Assembly (NCBI GenBank): GCA_963758915.1
Contig: CAVWXH010000016.1
Coordinates: forward strand, 64,001 to 128,000
Direction of reading: 5' to 3'
Origin: an uncultured Methanomicrobiales archaeon
GTDB lineage: Archaea; Halobacteriota; Methanomicrobia; Methanomicrobiales; Methanospirillaceae
Length of the DNA stretch: 64,000 nucleotides
Below are positions 63,095 through 64,000 of the stretch, piece after piece. Positions within the stretch are counted from its first letter, which is position 1, and each line of letters begins with the position of its first letter. Both the position numbers and the translations under genes were made by a program. Below the pieces are notes generated by a model. The model was given only the letters and a program-made list of their open reading frames with translations. It was not told where the DNA came from and ran no database searches.

Positions 63095-64000
63095 TTAGTT
63101 TTTTTCCTGATTTGTGTCGTTTCGTGTCTCTTTACCCCGGGAAAAAATCCGGAACAATCTCCCTGTACTGTCAATAATCCATAGCCCGCTTTTTAATACT
63201 GCCACTTTCAAGCCCATGGTCCTCCCTTCCATCGAAGCTGAAACTTCTTTCAGGCATGCCTGGATCGGCAGGTGCTGGGGGCAGATTTTTTCACATTTTC
63301 CACAATCCCTGCAGAGTCCTGCATATGACCGGTCCCCGGTTATCCCGCCATGCCGGGTGAGATAATGAAAAGCGTATTCACGACGGTTTCCAAACATTGA
63401 TGCCCCGTTGTAGAGGGCAAAACATTCAGGTATATTGACACCTGCAGGGCATGGCATGCAATAACCACAACCGGTACATCCGACTTCCATCAGGCGGGTA
63501 TACGTGTCCCGTACTCTTGCAATAAGGGCATGTTCTCCGGTGGACAGAGAACCGGGTTCTGCCTCTCCTGCGATTTTCAGATTTTCCTCTATATGGGACT
63601 CGTGGTTCATTCCGGAAAGGACAACTGTCACCGCCGGGTGGTCCCAGACAAACCTGAGCCCCCATTCTGCCGGAGTGCGCCTGACAGGTGCTTCTTTCCA
63701 GATCTCGTCTACCCGGGTTGGGACCTGCCCTGCAAGGCTGCCGCCGCGGAGAGGTTCCATGACCATGACCGCAAGGCGTTTTGATGCTGCATAGTTCAGA
63801 CCTTCGGTCCCGGCCTGGTTCCGCTCATCAAGGAAATTATACTGGACCTGGCAGAATTCCCAGTCATATGCATCGACAATTTTTCGGAAGGTCGCAAGAT
63901 CACCATGAAACGAAAATCCGGCATTGATTATGTTACCTGATGACTTTGCATCATCAAGGAATCCAAGGACACCGAGGTGGACCATGGCCTCCCAGTTCTC
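63095..64000 (-). CDS. Aldo/keto reductase with C-terminal 4Fe-4S dicluster (5' end off the window)
   Basis: GFSFH, CQVQYN, MEPLRGG, LSGM, CTGCGYCMPCP and CRDCGKCEKICPQ motifs. Confidence 0.92.
   Translation of the reverse strand, partial: ENWEAMVHLGVLGFLDDAKSSGNIINAGFSFHGDLATFRKIVDAYDWEFCQVQYNFLDERNQAGTEGLNYAASKRLAVMVMEPLRGGSLAGQVPTRVDEIWKEAPVRRTPAEWGLRFVWDHPAVTVVLSGMNHESHIEENLKIAGEAEPGSLSTGEHALIARVRDTYTRLMEVGCTGCGYCMPCPAGVNIPECFALYNGASMFGNRREYAFHYLTRHGGITGDRSYAGLCRDCGKCEKICPQHLPIQACLKEVSASMEGRTMGLKVAVLKSGLWIIDSTGRLFRIFSRGKETRNDTNQEKN

Overview
Archaeal chromosomal window, most likely from a Methanomicrobiales (Methanoregulaceae/Methanolinea-like) methanogen. Evidence: thermosome, LonB, RtcA/Nob1, A1Ao ATP synthase operon ahaHIKECFABD, bacterial-type grpE-dnaK-dnaJ, bifunctional purH, cimA-ilvBN and tRNA-Ser(CGA). 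Three things stand out. (1) A tightly coupled operon at 51378-62223 encodes a bacterial-type acetyl-CoA synthase, both corrinoid Fe-S protein subunits, the RACo/AcsV activator, a folate-independent core methionine synthase (MesB-like), CooC and DtxR-FeoA/FeoB. It has no CO dehydrogenase and no AcsE, so it may be an acetyl-CoA-to-methionine methyl-supply module in a methanogen. (2) A dense family of non-coding intergenic repeats (about a dozen copies or fragments) has IS903-like ends (GGCTTTGTTGAA) and conserved, partly covarying hairpins. It includes a nested copy and copies that bracket passenger genes. (3) Six genes, possibly seven, are broken by apparent single-base insertions. These include the housekeeping genes pgk and prs and are most likely sequencing or assembly errors. 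All calls come from reading the sequence and recalling motifs; no database searches were run.
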